Assembly (NCBI GenBank): GCA_963771355.1
Contig: CAVYTA010000007.1
Span: forward strand, 576,001 to 640,000
DNA length: 64,000 nt
Direction: 5' to 3'
Source of the DNA: an uncultured Candidatus Rokubacteria bacterium
Lineage (GTDB): Bacteria; Methylomirabilota; Methylomirabilia; Rokubacteriales; CSP1-6
Shown here: piece after piece, positions 51,610-60,688 of the stretch
Position numbering within the stretch: the first letter of the stretch is position 1
Layout: every line of letters starts with the position of its first letter
Notes under the pieces: generated by a model
Told to the model about the DNA's origin: nothing
The model's input: only the letters and a program-made list of their open reading frames with translations
Database searches by the model: none
Position numbers and translations under genes: made by a program

Positions 51610-52200
51610 TTATTTCCTCGGTTCCCCGAGCTGCTCGAGGAGGGTCTTGAGCTCGTCGGCGTGCTCCTCCTCGTTGCCGAGCACACCCTCGAGCATGCGC
51701 CGGGTGGTCGGATCGCCCTCGCCCACGAACCGGATCATCTCCAGGTACGACTCGATGGCAATGCGCTCTGCCACCAGGTTCTCTCGAATCATGTCCACGA
51801 GGTCTCCGCCCTCCACGTACTCGCTGTGGCTGCGCGTGGCCAGGCCCTCGGGGGAGAAGTCGGGCTCCCCGCCGAGCTGCACGATGCGCTTGGCGATCTT
51901 GTCCGCGTGGCCCTGCTCCTCGGTGGCGTGCTTCATGAATTCCTCGGCGACCGCCTGGGCGTGGATTCCCGCCGCCATGAAGTGATGCCGGCGGTAGCGG
52001 AGCACGCAGATGAGCTCGGTGGCGAGCGCGGTATTGAGGAGGCGGATGACCGCCTCACGATCCACCTGGTGGCTCTCGGTCACGGCGCCGTCATCCATGT
52101 GCTCGCGGGCCCGCCGACGCAGCTCCTTCACGTCGGACAGGAAGTCCCCGCCGCCTCCCTCCTGCCCCTTCCCCTTGTCGCGCATGTCCCCAGTTTTCAC
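51610..52200 (-). CDS. Ferritin-like / bacterioferritin family protein
   Basis: ATELICVLRY, EEQGHAD, AERIAI..Y and EEEHAD di-iron motifs; GTG start after AAGGAG. Confidence 0.9.
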   Translation of the reverse strand: MKTGDMRDKGKGQEGGGGDFLSDVKELRRRAREHMDDGAVTESHQVDREAVIRLLNTALATELICVLRYRRHHFMAAGIHAQAVAEEFMKHATEEQGHADKIAKRIVQLGGEPDFSPEGLATRSHSEYVEGGDLVDMIRENLVAERIAIESYLEMIRFVGEGDPTTRRMLEGVLGNEEEHADELKTLLEQLGEPRK

Positions 52201-52259
52201 GTCGCGCTCCTTTTGGGTGTTCGAGCTCCGGCCGTTCGCGTCCAGACAGACGATCGAAC

Positions 52260-52275
52260 GGCAAACCCCGTGCCA
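52260..52275 (-). promoter_or_regulatory. sigma54 promoter
   Basis: TGGCACGGGGTTTGCC. Confidence 0.88.
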
Positions 52276-52368
52276 GCGAGGGACGGGTGGGGGCGGTCGA
52301 ACTGAAGCCTGCGGAATCTCAGGAAGCCGGGACAGACGATCCCGCGGCGACGACGCCGGCGCCAAGCA

Positions 52369-52402
52369 TGTCAAACTTACCGAAGCCGGTAGTCCTGACC
52401 CG
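52369..52402. promoter_or_regulatory. Candidate enhancer pair
   Basis: TGTCAAACTTACC followed by GGTAGTCCTGACC. Confidence 0.62.
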
Positions 52403-52502
52403 ATGCCGCTCCGAGTGGGTGGTGGCGCATCCGGGGGGTCGCCTCCGCGAGAGCGTGTGAAAAATCAGCGCGGAGCCCGCGGAGTGGCAGGTGATGGCGG
52501 GC

Positions 52503-52518
52503 TGGCACGGAAGATGCC
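52503..52518 (+). promoter_or_regulatory. sigma54 promoter
   Basis: TGGCACGGAAGATGCC. Confidence 0.82.
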
Positions 52519-52531
52519 AGATAGTCCGTTC

Positions 52532-53792
52532 ATGAGACTTCGCCGGTCCATCATTGGTGCCACTCCGCTCTTCGTCGCAGTGTTTCTCCTCACCGCGTCC
52601 TGCGCGAAGGTGCAGCCGCACTTCACCGTGCCGAAGATGACGGTTTCCGATCCGTCCTTCATCCCGACCATGGAGGCGTATACGGCCTCCACGGTGAGCC
52701 GGGGAAACCGGGTGGACTTCCTGCTGAACGGCCAGAAGATCTTCCCCGCCCAGCTCGCCGCCATTCGCTCCGCGCAGCGCACCATCACCTATGCGCAGTA
52801 TTTCTACGAGGACGGGAAGCCGGCGGTCCTCCTGGTGGAGGCCATCAGCGAGCGCTGCCGAGCGGGAGTTCGCGGCCACGTGCTCCTGGACGCTTTCGGC
52901 AGCCTCAAGATGCCGCCCGAGCTCCGGCAGCAGCTGCAGGACGCGGGCTGCGAGGTCGCCACCTTCCGGCCGCTGCGGCCGTGGGCGCTGGACGAGGCCA
53001 ATAACCGGAATCACCGCCGCATCCTGGTGGTGGACGGCAAGGTGGGCTTCACCGGCGGATCGGGGGCCAGCTCCAAGTGGATGGGCAATGGGCGGCGCGA
53101 GGGTCACTGGCGGGAGACCGACGCGCGCATGGAGGGCCCGGCGGTGAATGATCTGCAGGGTGCCTTCGCGGAGAACTGGCTGGAGGCGACCGGCCACGTG
53201 CTGGGCGGCGACGGCTACTTCGCGCCCCAGCCCGCCCGCGGCACGGTACGGGCCCAGGTGGTGCGGAGCTCGCCCACCAACGGCAGCTTCGCGGTGTACA
53301 CCATGTATCTCCTCGCCATGTCGTCGGCCCGGCGAAACATCTACATGACCAATCCCTATTTCCTGCCCGACGAGCAGATGCGCAAGGCCCTGGTCGAGGC
53401 GAGGCGTCGAGGGGTGCGGGTGGTCCTGCTGCTGCCCGGCGCCATCGACAACAACATCGTCCGCCAGGCCAGCCGCGGCGGGATTCGGAGAGCTGCTGGA
53501 CGCGGGTATCGAGATCCACGAGTACCGCTCGGGACTGCTCCACGCGAAGACCATGGCGGTGGACGGCCTCTGGGCGACGGTCGGGAGCACCAATGTGGAC
53601 AACCGGTCCTTCGCGCTGAACGACGAGCTGAACCTTGCCCTCTACGACGCGGAGACGGCGGCGGGCCTCGAGAAGATCTTCATCGACGACCTGCAGCACT
53701 CGCGGCCGGTGGACCCGGCCGTCTGGCGGGCGCGCGGTCCGATGACCCGGATGCTCGAGCTGATCTCCATGCCCTTCAAGCCCCAGCTCTGA
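52532..53792 (+). CDS. Cardiolipin synthase-like phospholipase D (apparent frameshift at ~53480)
   Basis: NHRRILVVDG and LHAKTMAVDG PLD motifs, NPYFLP and GSTNVDNRS. Confidence 0.88.
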
Positions 53793-53805
53793 GGGCGGCG
53801 CGTCC

Positions 53806-54432
53806 ATGCTGAACTCGATCCGGCTGGCCGCCCTGACGCTGAGCGCGCTGACCCTGGGCCTGAGCTTTGCCCACGTGCTCGAGATGCCGGCGAAGCTCGC
53901 CTATGCCCCTGCTGTCTACGTGGCCCTGCAGAACTCGCTGTACGTGTCCTTCGGACCGCCGCGGGTCGGGGCCTTCGTGGAGCCGGGGGCCATTCTCGCC
54001 ACCGGGCTCCTCGCGTATCTGGTCCGCCGCCGCCGGCCCGCGTTCTGGCTGACGGTGGGGGCGGAGATCTGCCTGCTGCTGGCCTTTCCGGTGGTGTTCT
54101 TCCTCTTCACCGACCCGGCCAATGCCGTGTTCCAGGGGGCGGCTTCCGTGCCCCCGGACTTCGAGCGCTACCGCATCCAGTGGGAGTATTCCCACGCGGC
54201 GCGGTTCGTCCTCCAACTGGCCGCCTTCGTGCTCCTCGCGCGGTCGGTGCTGCACCGGCCGCGCGTGCCGCGAAGCGAGCTCTCGCCCTACACCATGAGC
54301 GCGATCCAGACGGAGGGCCCCCCGAGCTACTCGCCCTCGTCGCCGCTGTTTGGAGACGGGCCGCCGTCGATGACCATGGTGGCCCCGTTCATGAAGCCGG
54401 ACGCGTCGGAGGCGAGAAAGACGCAAGGGTAG
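53806..54432 (+). CDS. DUF1772-like membrane protein
   Basis: FAHVLEMPAK..QWEYSHAARF; the C-terminal tail overlaps the convergent SDR. Confidence 0.7.
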   Translation: MLNSIRLAALTLSALTLGLSFAHVLEMPAKLAYAPAVYVALQNSLYVSFGPPRVGAFVEPGAILATGLLAYLVRRRRPAFWLTVGAEICLLLAFPVVFFLFTDPANAVFQGAASVPPDFERYRIQWEYSHAARFVLQLAAFVLLARSVLHRPRVPRSELSPYTMSAIQTEGPPSYSPSSPLFGDGPPSMTMVAPFMKPDASEARKTQG

Positions 54433-55124
54433 GCGATCTCCTCCACCTTGCCCCAGCGGCCGAGGCCGACGCGGTTGGCCACGCCGTCATAGACCTTCTT
54501 GGCGTCCGGATTGGTCTTGTGGAGCACGTCCAGGTACCCCTCCGTCTCCACCGGGCCCGGCGCGATGCAGTTGACGCGGATGCCCTTGCGCCCCCACGCC
54601 ATGCCCAGGGTGCGCGTGAAATTGATGACCGCGGCCTTCGAGGCGCCGTAGTGCGACATCATGGTCGAGCCATAGACACCCGCGACGGATGAGATGTTGA
54701 TGATGACGCCGCCGCCCTGGGCCATCATCTGGCGGCCCGCCCACTTGCAGCCGAAGAAGACGCCGTTGAGGTTGATCCCCACCACGGTGTTCCAGCCGTT
54801 CATCGAGATGTCCTCGACCTTGGCGCGGAACGAGGCCCCGGCGTTGTTCACCATGACGTCGAGCTTGCCCAGGTCCTTCACCGTCTTCTCGACGAGGCCC
54901 TTGACCTGGTCTTCCTGGCGCACGTCCACCGCGAGGGCGAAGGAGCGGCGGCCCAGCTTCTTGATCTCCGCGGTGACGGGCTCGAGGTGCTCGATCTTGC
55001 GGCTCGCGATGGCCACGTCCGCGCCGGCGCGCGCGTACTCGATGGCGATGGACTTGCCGATGCCGACGCCGCCTCCGGTGACGATGGCGACCTTGCCTTC
55101 CAGCGAGAACGGCGACGCTGCCAT
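54327..55124 (-). CDS. SDR family oxidoreductase
   Basis: TGGGVGIG, NNAG and YGASK motifs. Confidence 0.9.
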   Translation of the reverse strand: MAASPFSLEGKVAIVTGGGVGIGKSIAIEYARAGADVAIASRKIEHLEPVTAEIKKLGRRSFALAVDVRQEDQVKGLVEKTVKDLGKLDVMVNNAGASFRAKVEDISMNGWNTVVGINLNGVFFGCKWAGRQMMAQGGGVIINISSVAGVYGSTMMSHYGASKAAVINFTRTLGMAWGRKGIRVNCIAPGPVETEGYLDVLHKTNPDAKKVYDGVANRVGLGRWGKVEEIAYPCVFLASDASGFMNGATMVIDGGPSPNSGDEGE

Positions 55125-55162
55125 GACGGGGGCCTCCTGGGTTGGGGATGTGAGGGAGCGGA

Positions 55163-56059
55163 TTATACTCCGCGCGCGAGCTGGGCGAAGGCCGGCGGCG
55201 CGGGGCTGTCGAAGCGGATGGGCGCGCGGGTGCCGGGGTGGATGAAGCCGAGGCGCGTGGCGTGCAGGCACAGGCGCTTGAGCGGGTCGCGGGGACTGCC
55301 ATGCTCCGCGTCGCCGATCACCGGATGGCCGAGGGCGGCGAGCTGCACCCGTATCTGATGGCGGCGGCCGGTGCCGAGCGCGATCTCGAGCAGCGTCGCA
55401 TCGCGCCGCCGCTCGAGCACGCGGTAGTGGGTGATGGCCTCCCGCCCCACCGCGCTCCGCGGGGGGTGCCCGGCGCCCCGCCCGGTCCCGCGCGACCACG
55501 CGATGCGCACGCGGTGCGCGGGGTCCTCCACCAAGCGGTTGCTCAGGGTGCCCGAGTCCAGCCGCACCGCGCCTTCCACCACCGCCACGTAGCCGCGGTC
55601 CACGTCGCGGGCGGCGAACTGCGCCTGGAGCGCCTCCTTGGCCGACGGCGTCTTGGCGAACACGAGCAACCCCGAGGTCTCGCGGTCGAGCCGGTGGACG
55701 ATGTACGGCCGCCCGTCCTTGCGCTGGGCCGCGAGGTGATCCCAGAGGATGCGATAGGCCGTCCGCGTGCGCTCGCGCTCGGTGCCGATGGTCAGGAGCC
55801 CCGGCGGCTTGTCCACCACCAGGAGCGTCTCGTCCTCGTGGACGATGCGCAGCCCGAGCGGGAGCCGCGCCGCCCGCGGAGGCGCCACCGTGGGCGGCCC
55901 CAGCGTGATCTTGTCGCCGCGCGCCAGATCGGTGCGCGCGTCCCGCGCCACCGTGCCGTTGACGCGCACGCGCCCCGCGGCCAGCCATTGCTTCATGCTG
56001 CGCCCGGAGGCCTCGGGGAATTGCGCGCGCAAGCGCTCCGACAGGGTGCTCACCCTCAC
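55163..56059 (-). CDS. RluA family pseudouridine synthase
   Basis: VDKPPGL, HRLDRETSG, TGRRHQIR and LHA motifs; start 56059 or 56053. Confidence 0.9.
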   Translation of the reverse strand: MRVSTLSERLRAQFPEASGRSMKQWLAAGRVRVNGTVARDARTDLARGDKITLGPPTVAPPRAARLPLGLRIVHEDETLLVVDKPPGLLTIGTERERTRTAYRILWDHLAAQRKDGRPYIVHRLDRETSGLLVFAKTPSAKEALQAQFAARDVDRGYVAVVEGAVRLDSGTLSNRLVEDPAHRVRIAWSRGTGRGAGHPPRSAVGREAITHYRVLERRRDATLLEIALGTGRRHQIRVQLAALGHPVIGDAEHGSPRDPLKRLCLHATRLGFIHPGTRAPIRFDSPAPPAFAQLARGV

Positions 56060-58605
56060 TCGCTCCGCAAGACGCCGAGCGGCTTCTGGCCGAGGAGCCG
56101 GAAGCTGCCGAGGAAGCCCACCGCGAGGGCGAGGAGCGTGGCGCCGGTCACGCCGGCGGCGAGGATGGCGGGCTGCCAGTGCCACGGGACCTCGATCAGC
56201 CAGCGCTGCACGCCCCAGGCCAGCGCGACGGCCAGCCCGGTGCCGGCCACGCCCGCCGCCACGCCGAGGAGTGCGTACTCCACCGCGAAGCCGCGCGCCA
56301 CCACGCCGCGCGTGGCGCCGAGCGCCTTGAGGATGACCGAGTGATAGAGCCGCTCGTGCCGCGTGACGGACAGCGCGCCCGCCAGCACCACGATTCCCGC
56401 GAGCACGCTCACTCCCGCCACCAGGCGCACCGCCTGCGCGATCTGGTTCACGATGCCCGACGCGCGCTCCAGCACCTCGCGGACCGGCACCGCGGTGATG
56501 TTGGGGAAGGCGCCCACCACCGCCGACTGCAGGCGCTCCTCGTCCGCGCGCGGCGCCTCGGCGGTGGCGAGATAGGTGGCGGGCGCGCCCTCGAGCGCGC
56601 CGGGCGAGAAGATCACGAAGAAGTTGGCGCCGAAGGTCCGCCACTCCACCCGTCTCAGGCTGGTGACGCGGGCGCTGACCGGCACTCCCTGGATGTCGAA
56701 GGTGAGCGTGTCGCCAAGCCCCACGCCGAGGTTCCGCGCCAGCTCCTCCTCCACGGAGATCTGCGGCTCGCGGGCGGCGTCGGCCGCTGTCCACCAGCGC
56801 CCGGCCACCACGGTGTTCCGGCCGGGCGGCGACGCCGCCCAGGTCAGCACGTACTCGCGCGAGAGATACCAGGCTTCCTCGCGGCGCCGCGCGTCCCGCG
56901 CGATGGGCGCGCCATCCACGGCGGAGAGCCGGGCCCGCACGGTGGGAATGAGAGTGGGCGGCGTGCCGGTCTCGCGCGCGATCAGCCGCGCGAAGCCGTC
57001 CGCCTGATCCGGCTGGATATCGATGAAGAAGAAGGCCGGCGCGCGCTCGGCGGCCGGCCCCGCCAGCTCGCGGCGGAGGTTGCCCTCCAGCACCGCCACC
57101 GAGACGATCAGCATCACCGCGAGGCCGAGCGTCACGAGCACCGAGCCCGCCTGGCCTCCGGGCCGGTGAAGCGCCGCCACGCCCTGGCGCCAGGCCAACC
57201 AGCGCGCGCGCGGAAGCCGCCGCGCCCCCGCGAGGGTCAGCCGCGCGATGAGGAAGAGCAGCGCCAGCCCGCCCGCGAAGCCGCCGATGAAGAGGGCGCC
57301 CACCTTCCATGCACCCGCCTGCCACAGGGCGAGCGCGGAGAGCCCGACCGCCACCGGCAGCGCGGCCAGCAGCTGCCGGCGGTTCGAGCGCCGGGTCTCG
57401 ACTTCGTAGCGGAGGACCAGGGAGGGCGGGATATCGCGGATCGCCAGCAGCGGCGGCAGCGCGCAGAGCAGGGTGACGCCGAGCCCCATGGCGACGCCGC
57501 GCAGGATGGCCAGGGGCGAGACGCCGATGGCGAGCGGGAAGGGGAGGAGCGGGGCCAGCCACGGCGCGAGGAGTGGCGGCACCGCGCTTCCGATGGCCGC
57601 GCCCACGAGGCTGCCCGCCAGTCCCAGCGCGCCGGTCTGGAGGAGATAGGCGGCGAGGAGACGGCGCCACGGCGTGCCCAGGCTCTTGAGGATGGCGAGG
57701 GTGGCGCGGCGGCGGCGCAGGAACGCCTGCACGCTCACGCCCACGCCGATGCCGCCCACGAGCAGCGCGACGAGGCCGGTGAGGCCGAGATACATGGTGA
57801 GCTGATCCCAGAAGCGGCGCAGCCCCGGCTGAGCCTGGCGGTAGGTGCTGACGCGAAGGCCGGGATCGTCGAGCCGCGAGACGAGTGCCGTCCGGACCGT
57901 CTCCGGGTCGGCGCCGTCGGGAAGCCGGACCAGCGTGCGGTGGCGCACGCGGCTGCCGGGCCGCACGAGGCCGGTGGCCTCGAGGTCGGCGGCGGCGATG
58001 AGCACGCGCGGTCCCAGGGAGAAGACGCCGACCGCGCGATCGGGCTCACTCTCCACGAGGCCGGCGATGCGAAAGGCGATCTCGCCGATGCGCAGGGTGT
58101 CGCCCACCGCGAGGCCGAGCCGGGTGAGCAGCGCCGACTGGACCAGCGCGCGGCGCTCCCCGATGAGCGTCTCCAGCGGCGCGGCCGGCGACGTCACCAG
58201 GCGACCGTAGAACGGATAGCCGGCCTCCACCGCCTTGATCTCGACGAGCTGCACGCGCGACGGCGCGGCGGGATGAGGGGACACCTGACCGTCGGCGGCG
58301 GCGGGCACCTCAGCCTGCGCCATCGCCGCGAGCTCGAGGACGCGCGTCGAGCGGGCGCCGGAGCGCGCGAGCCCGTCCACCGCCGTGGCCGAGTCCGGCC
58401 CGAGCGGCTGCGACGCGCGAATCTCGAGGTCCGCGCCCATGAGGGTCTTGCCGGATTCCGCCACCGTCCGCTCGAGGCTGCGCCCGAGCGTGCCGACGGC
58501 CACCAGCGCGGCCACGCCGAGGGTGACGCAGGCCACGAGGTAGCTGAAGTGCCGGCCCGCGCCGCGCAGCTCGCGGGCGGCCTGCCGGACGGCCCAGTTA
58601 GACAT
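56056..58605 (-). CDS. ABC transporter permease (YbbP-like, FtsX family)
   Basis: ARELR, GADL, YPFYG and FFIDIQPDQ motifs; two TM blocks. Confidence 0.9.
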   Translation of the reverse strand: MSNWAVRQAARELRGAGRHFSYLVACVTLGVAALVAVGTLGRSLERTVAESGKTLMGADLEIRASQPLGPDSATAVDGLARSGARSTRVLELAAMAQAEVPAAADGQVSPHPAAPSRVQLVEIKAVEAGYPFYGRLVTSPAAPLETLIGERRALVQSALLTRLGLAVGDTLRIGEIAFRIAGLVESEPDRAVGVFSLGPRVLIAAADLEATGLVRPGSRVRHRTLVRLPDGADPETVRTALVSRLDDPGLRVSTYRQAQPGLRRFWDQLTMYLGLTGLVALLVGGIGVGVSVQAFLRRRRATLAILKSLGTPWRRLLAAYLLQTGALGLAGSLVGAAIGSAVPPLLAPWLAPLLPFPLAIGVSPLAILRGVAMGLGVTLLCALPPLLAIRDIPPSLVLRYEVETRRSNRRQLLAALPVAVGLSALALWQAGAWKVGALFIGGFAGGLALLFLIARLTLAGARRLPRARWLAWRQGVAALHRPGGQAGSVLVTLGLAVMLIVSVAVLEGNLRRELAGPAAERAPAFFFIDIQPDQADGFARLIARETGTPPTLIPTVRARLSAVDGAPIARDARRREEAWYLSREYVLTWAASPPGRNTVVAGRWWTAADAAREPQISVEEELARNLGVGLGDTLTFDIQGVPVSARVTSLRRVEWRTFGANFFVIFSPGALEGAPATYLATAEAPRADEERLQSAVVGAFPNITAVPVREVLERASGIVNQIAQAVRLVAGVSVLAGIVVLAGALSVTRHERLYHSVILKALGATRGVVARGFAVEYALLGVAAGVAGTGLAVALAWGVQRWLIEVPWHWQPAILAAGVTGATLLALAVGFLGSFRLLGQKPLGVLRSE

Positions 58606-59284
58606 GCGGGCCGAGGCTCGCCTCGTCCGCCACCACCCGCCCGTCACGGAGCGTGATGAGCCGGTCGGCGTGTGCGGCCAGCGCGGGATCGTGAGTGACG
58701 AGGACGAGGGTGCTGCCCAGGGTGCGGTTGAGGCCGAGGATCAGCTCGATGATCTGCTTGCCGGTGGCGGAGTCGAGATTGCCGGTGGGCTCGTCGGCGA
58801 GGAGCACCGGCGGCCGGCGCGCCACCGCGCGCGCGACGGCCACGCGCTGCTGCTCGCCGCCCGACAGCTGCACCGGATAGTGCTCGGCGCGATCGGCGAG
58901 CCCGACCTCGCCCAGGAGCGCGCGGGCGCGCGGGAGCGCGTCCAGCTCGCCCGCCAGCTCCAGCGGCACCGCGACGTTCTCCAGCGCGGTGAGGGTGGGA
59001 ATGAGGTGAAAGGACTGGAAGATGTAGCCGATGGTGTCGAGGCGGAAGCGCGCGAGGGCGTCCTCGCCGAGCGCGGTGACCTCCGCGTCCGCCACGCGGA
59101 TGCGGCCGGACGAGGGCCGATCGAGCCCGGCGATGAGGCCGAGCAGCGTGGACTTGCCGCTGCCCGACGGCCCCGCGATGGCCACGAACTGGCGCGCGGG
59201 GATCGTGAGAGTCACGTCCGCGAGCACGTCGACGGAGCGGTCGCCGCTGGTGAAGCGCATGCCGACGCCCGCGATCTCGATCAT
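58598..59284 (-). CDS. ABC transporter ATP-binding protein (YbbA-like)
   Basis: GPSGSGKST, LSGGEQQR and DEPTGNLD motifs. Confidence 0.93.
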   Translation of the reverse strand: MIEIAGVGMRFTSGDRSVDVLADVTLTIPARQFVAIAGPSGSGKSTLLGLIAGLDRPSSGRIRVADAEVTALGEDALARFRLDTIGYIFQSFHLIPTLTALENVAVPLELAGELDALPRARALLGEVGLADRAEHYPVQLSGGEQQRVAVARAVARRPPVLLADEPTGNLDSATGKQIIELILGLNRTLGSTLVLVTHDPALAAHADRLITLRDGRVVADEASLGPHV

Positions 59285-59334
59285 GATTGCGTCTCATACT
59301 ACACTGGAGACACGGAGGAGGCGGGGACGCGGAC

Positions 59335-59970
59335 ATGCTGGGCACGCACGATCTCTGGGCATTCCTCCTGGCCAGCGTTCTCCTCTGGATCACGCCCGGC
59401 CCCGACAACATGTACATCCTCGCGCGCAGCATCGCGCAGGGCCGGCGCGCGGGCCTGGTGTCGGCGCTCGGCATCGGCTCCGGCGTGCTCGTGCACACGC
59501 TCGCCGCGTCGCTGGGCCTCTCCGCCATCCTCGCCACGTCGGCGTGGGCCTTCCTGGCGGTGAAGGTGGCGGGCGCGGCCTATCTGATCTACCTGGGGAT
59601 CGCCGCGCTCCGTCGTCCCGTCGCGCCGCTCGCCGCGCCCACGCTCGATCCGGCCTCCCCGTGGGTCGTGTACCGGCAGGGCGTGCTCTCGAATATCCTG
59701 AATCCGAAGGTCGCGGTGTTCTTCCTCGCCTTCCTGCCGCAGTTCGTGGATCCGGCCGGCGGCTGGGGCCCGCTGCCCTTCCTCGTGCTGGGCGGGCTCT
59801 TCGTGACCGGCGGCACGCTCTGGTGCGTGCTCTTCGCGCTCGGCGCCAGCACCGCCACCTCGACGCTGCGGCGGTCGCCGCGGCTGCTGGTCGGGCTCGA
59901 GCGGCTGTCGGGCTGCGTCTACATCGCGCTGGGGCTGAACCTCCTCCGCTCCCGGCCCCAGTCCGCGTGA
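59335..59970 (+). CDS. LysE/RhtB family translocator
   Basis: TPGPD, GAAYLIYLG and NPKVAVFF..FLPQF motifs. Confidence 0.9.
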   Translation: MLGTHDLWAFLLASVLLWITPGPDNMYILARSIAQGRRAGLVSALGIGSGVLVHTLAASLGLSAILATSAWAFLAVKVAGAAYLIYLGIAALRRPVAPLAAPTLDPASPWVVYRQGVLSNILNPKVAVFFLAFLPQFVDPAGGWGPLPFLVLGGLFVTGGTLWCVLFALGASTATSTLRRSPRLLVGLERLSGCVYIALGLNLLRSRPQSA

Positions 59971-60599
59971 CGCGCCGCCGATTCGCCGTTGTTCTGGCTC
60001 TGGCTGTCCTGTGGAGCGCGCTGGGCTCCGCAACGGCCCCTGCCCAGCCTGATCGCGTCATCGTGGCATTCGGCGACAGCCTCACCGCGGGACAGGGGGT
60101 CGCCCCCGATGAGAGCTATCCCGCGCTCCTCGCCGCCAAGCTCCGCACCGAGGGCTACTCGTACCGCGTGGTCAACGCCGGCGTGTCCGGCGACACCACC
60201 GCGGGCGGCCTGCGCCGCGTGGACTGGGCGCTGAAAAACAAGCCCGACATCGTGCTGCTCGAGCTGGGCGCCAACGACGCCTTCCGCGGCCAGGATCTCG
60301 ACCGCGTGCGCGCCAACCTCGACGCGATGGTGACCCGCTTCGAAGCCGGCGGCGCGCGGGTGCTCCTCCTGGGCATGCGGCTGCCGCCGAACTACGGCGC
60401 GGGCTACGCCGGGCGCTTCGAGAAGGTCTACGCGGAGGTGGCGGAGCGCCGCAAGGTCGCCTTCATGCCGTTCTTTCTCGACGGGGTCGGCGCCGTCGCG
60501 CGGCTCAACCAGCCGGACGGCATTCATCCCACCGCGGCCGGCTACCGCATCATCGTCGAGCGGCTCTGGCCGTACCTGGAGCCCTTGCTGCGGCGCTAA
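59967..60599 (+). CDS. tesA: Arylesterase / acyl-CoA thioesterase I (SGNH family)
   Basis: FGDSL, NAGVSGDTT, ELGAND and DGIHP motifs; divergent from ybbA-ybbP. Confidence 0.88.
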   Translation: MTRRRFAVVLALAVLWSALGSATAPAQPDRVIVAFGDSLTAGQGVAPDESYPALLAAKLRTEGYSYRVVNAGVSGDTTAGGLRRVDWALKNKPDIVLLELGANDAFRGQDLDRVRANLDAMVTRFEAGGARVLLLGMRLPPNYGAGYAGRFEKVYAEVAERRKVAFMPFFLDGVGAVARLNQPDGIHPTAAGYRIIVERLWPYLEPLLRR

Positions 60600-60688
60600 C
60601 GTTGATTTGCTGCGGCTTTCGGCCTAGGATGTGGCCGGCAGCGTAGCCCGCATTTGACCCGAACGCCGACCCTCAGTCAGGGGGATCC

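Noticed and set aside
56056..60599. ybbP-ybbA/tesA cluster with an intervening LysE gene
   Set aside because: Known conserved arrangement; the LysE insertion alone is not notable.
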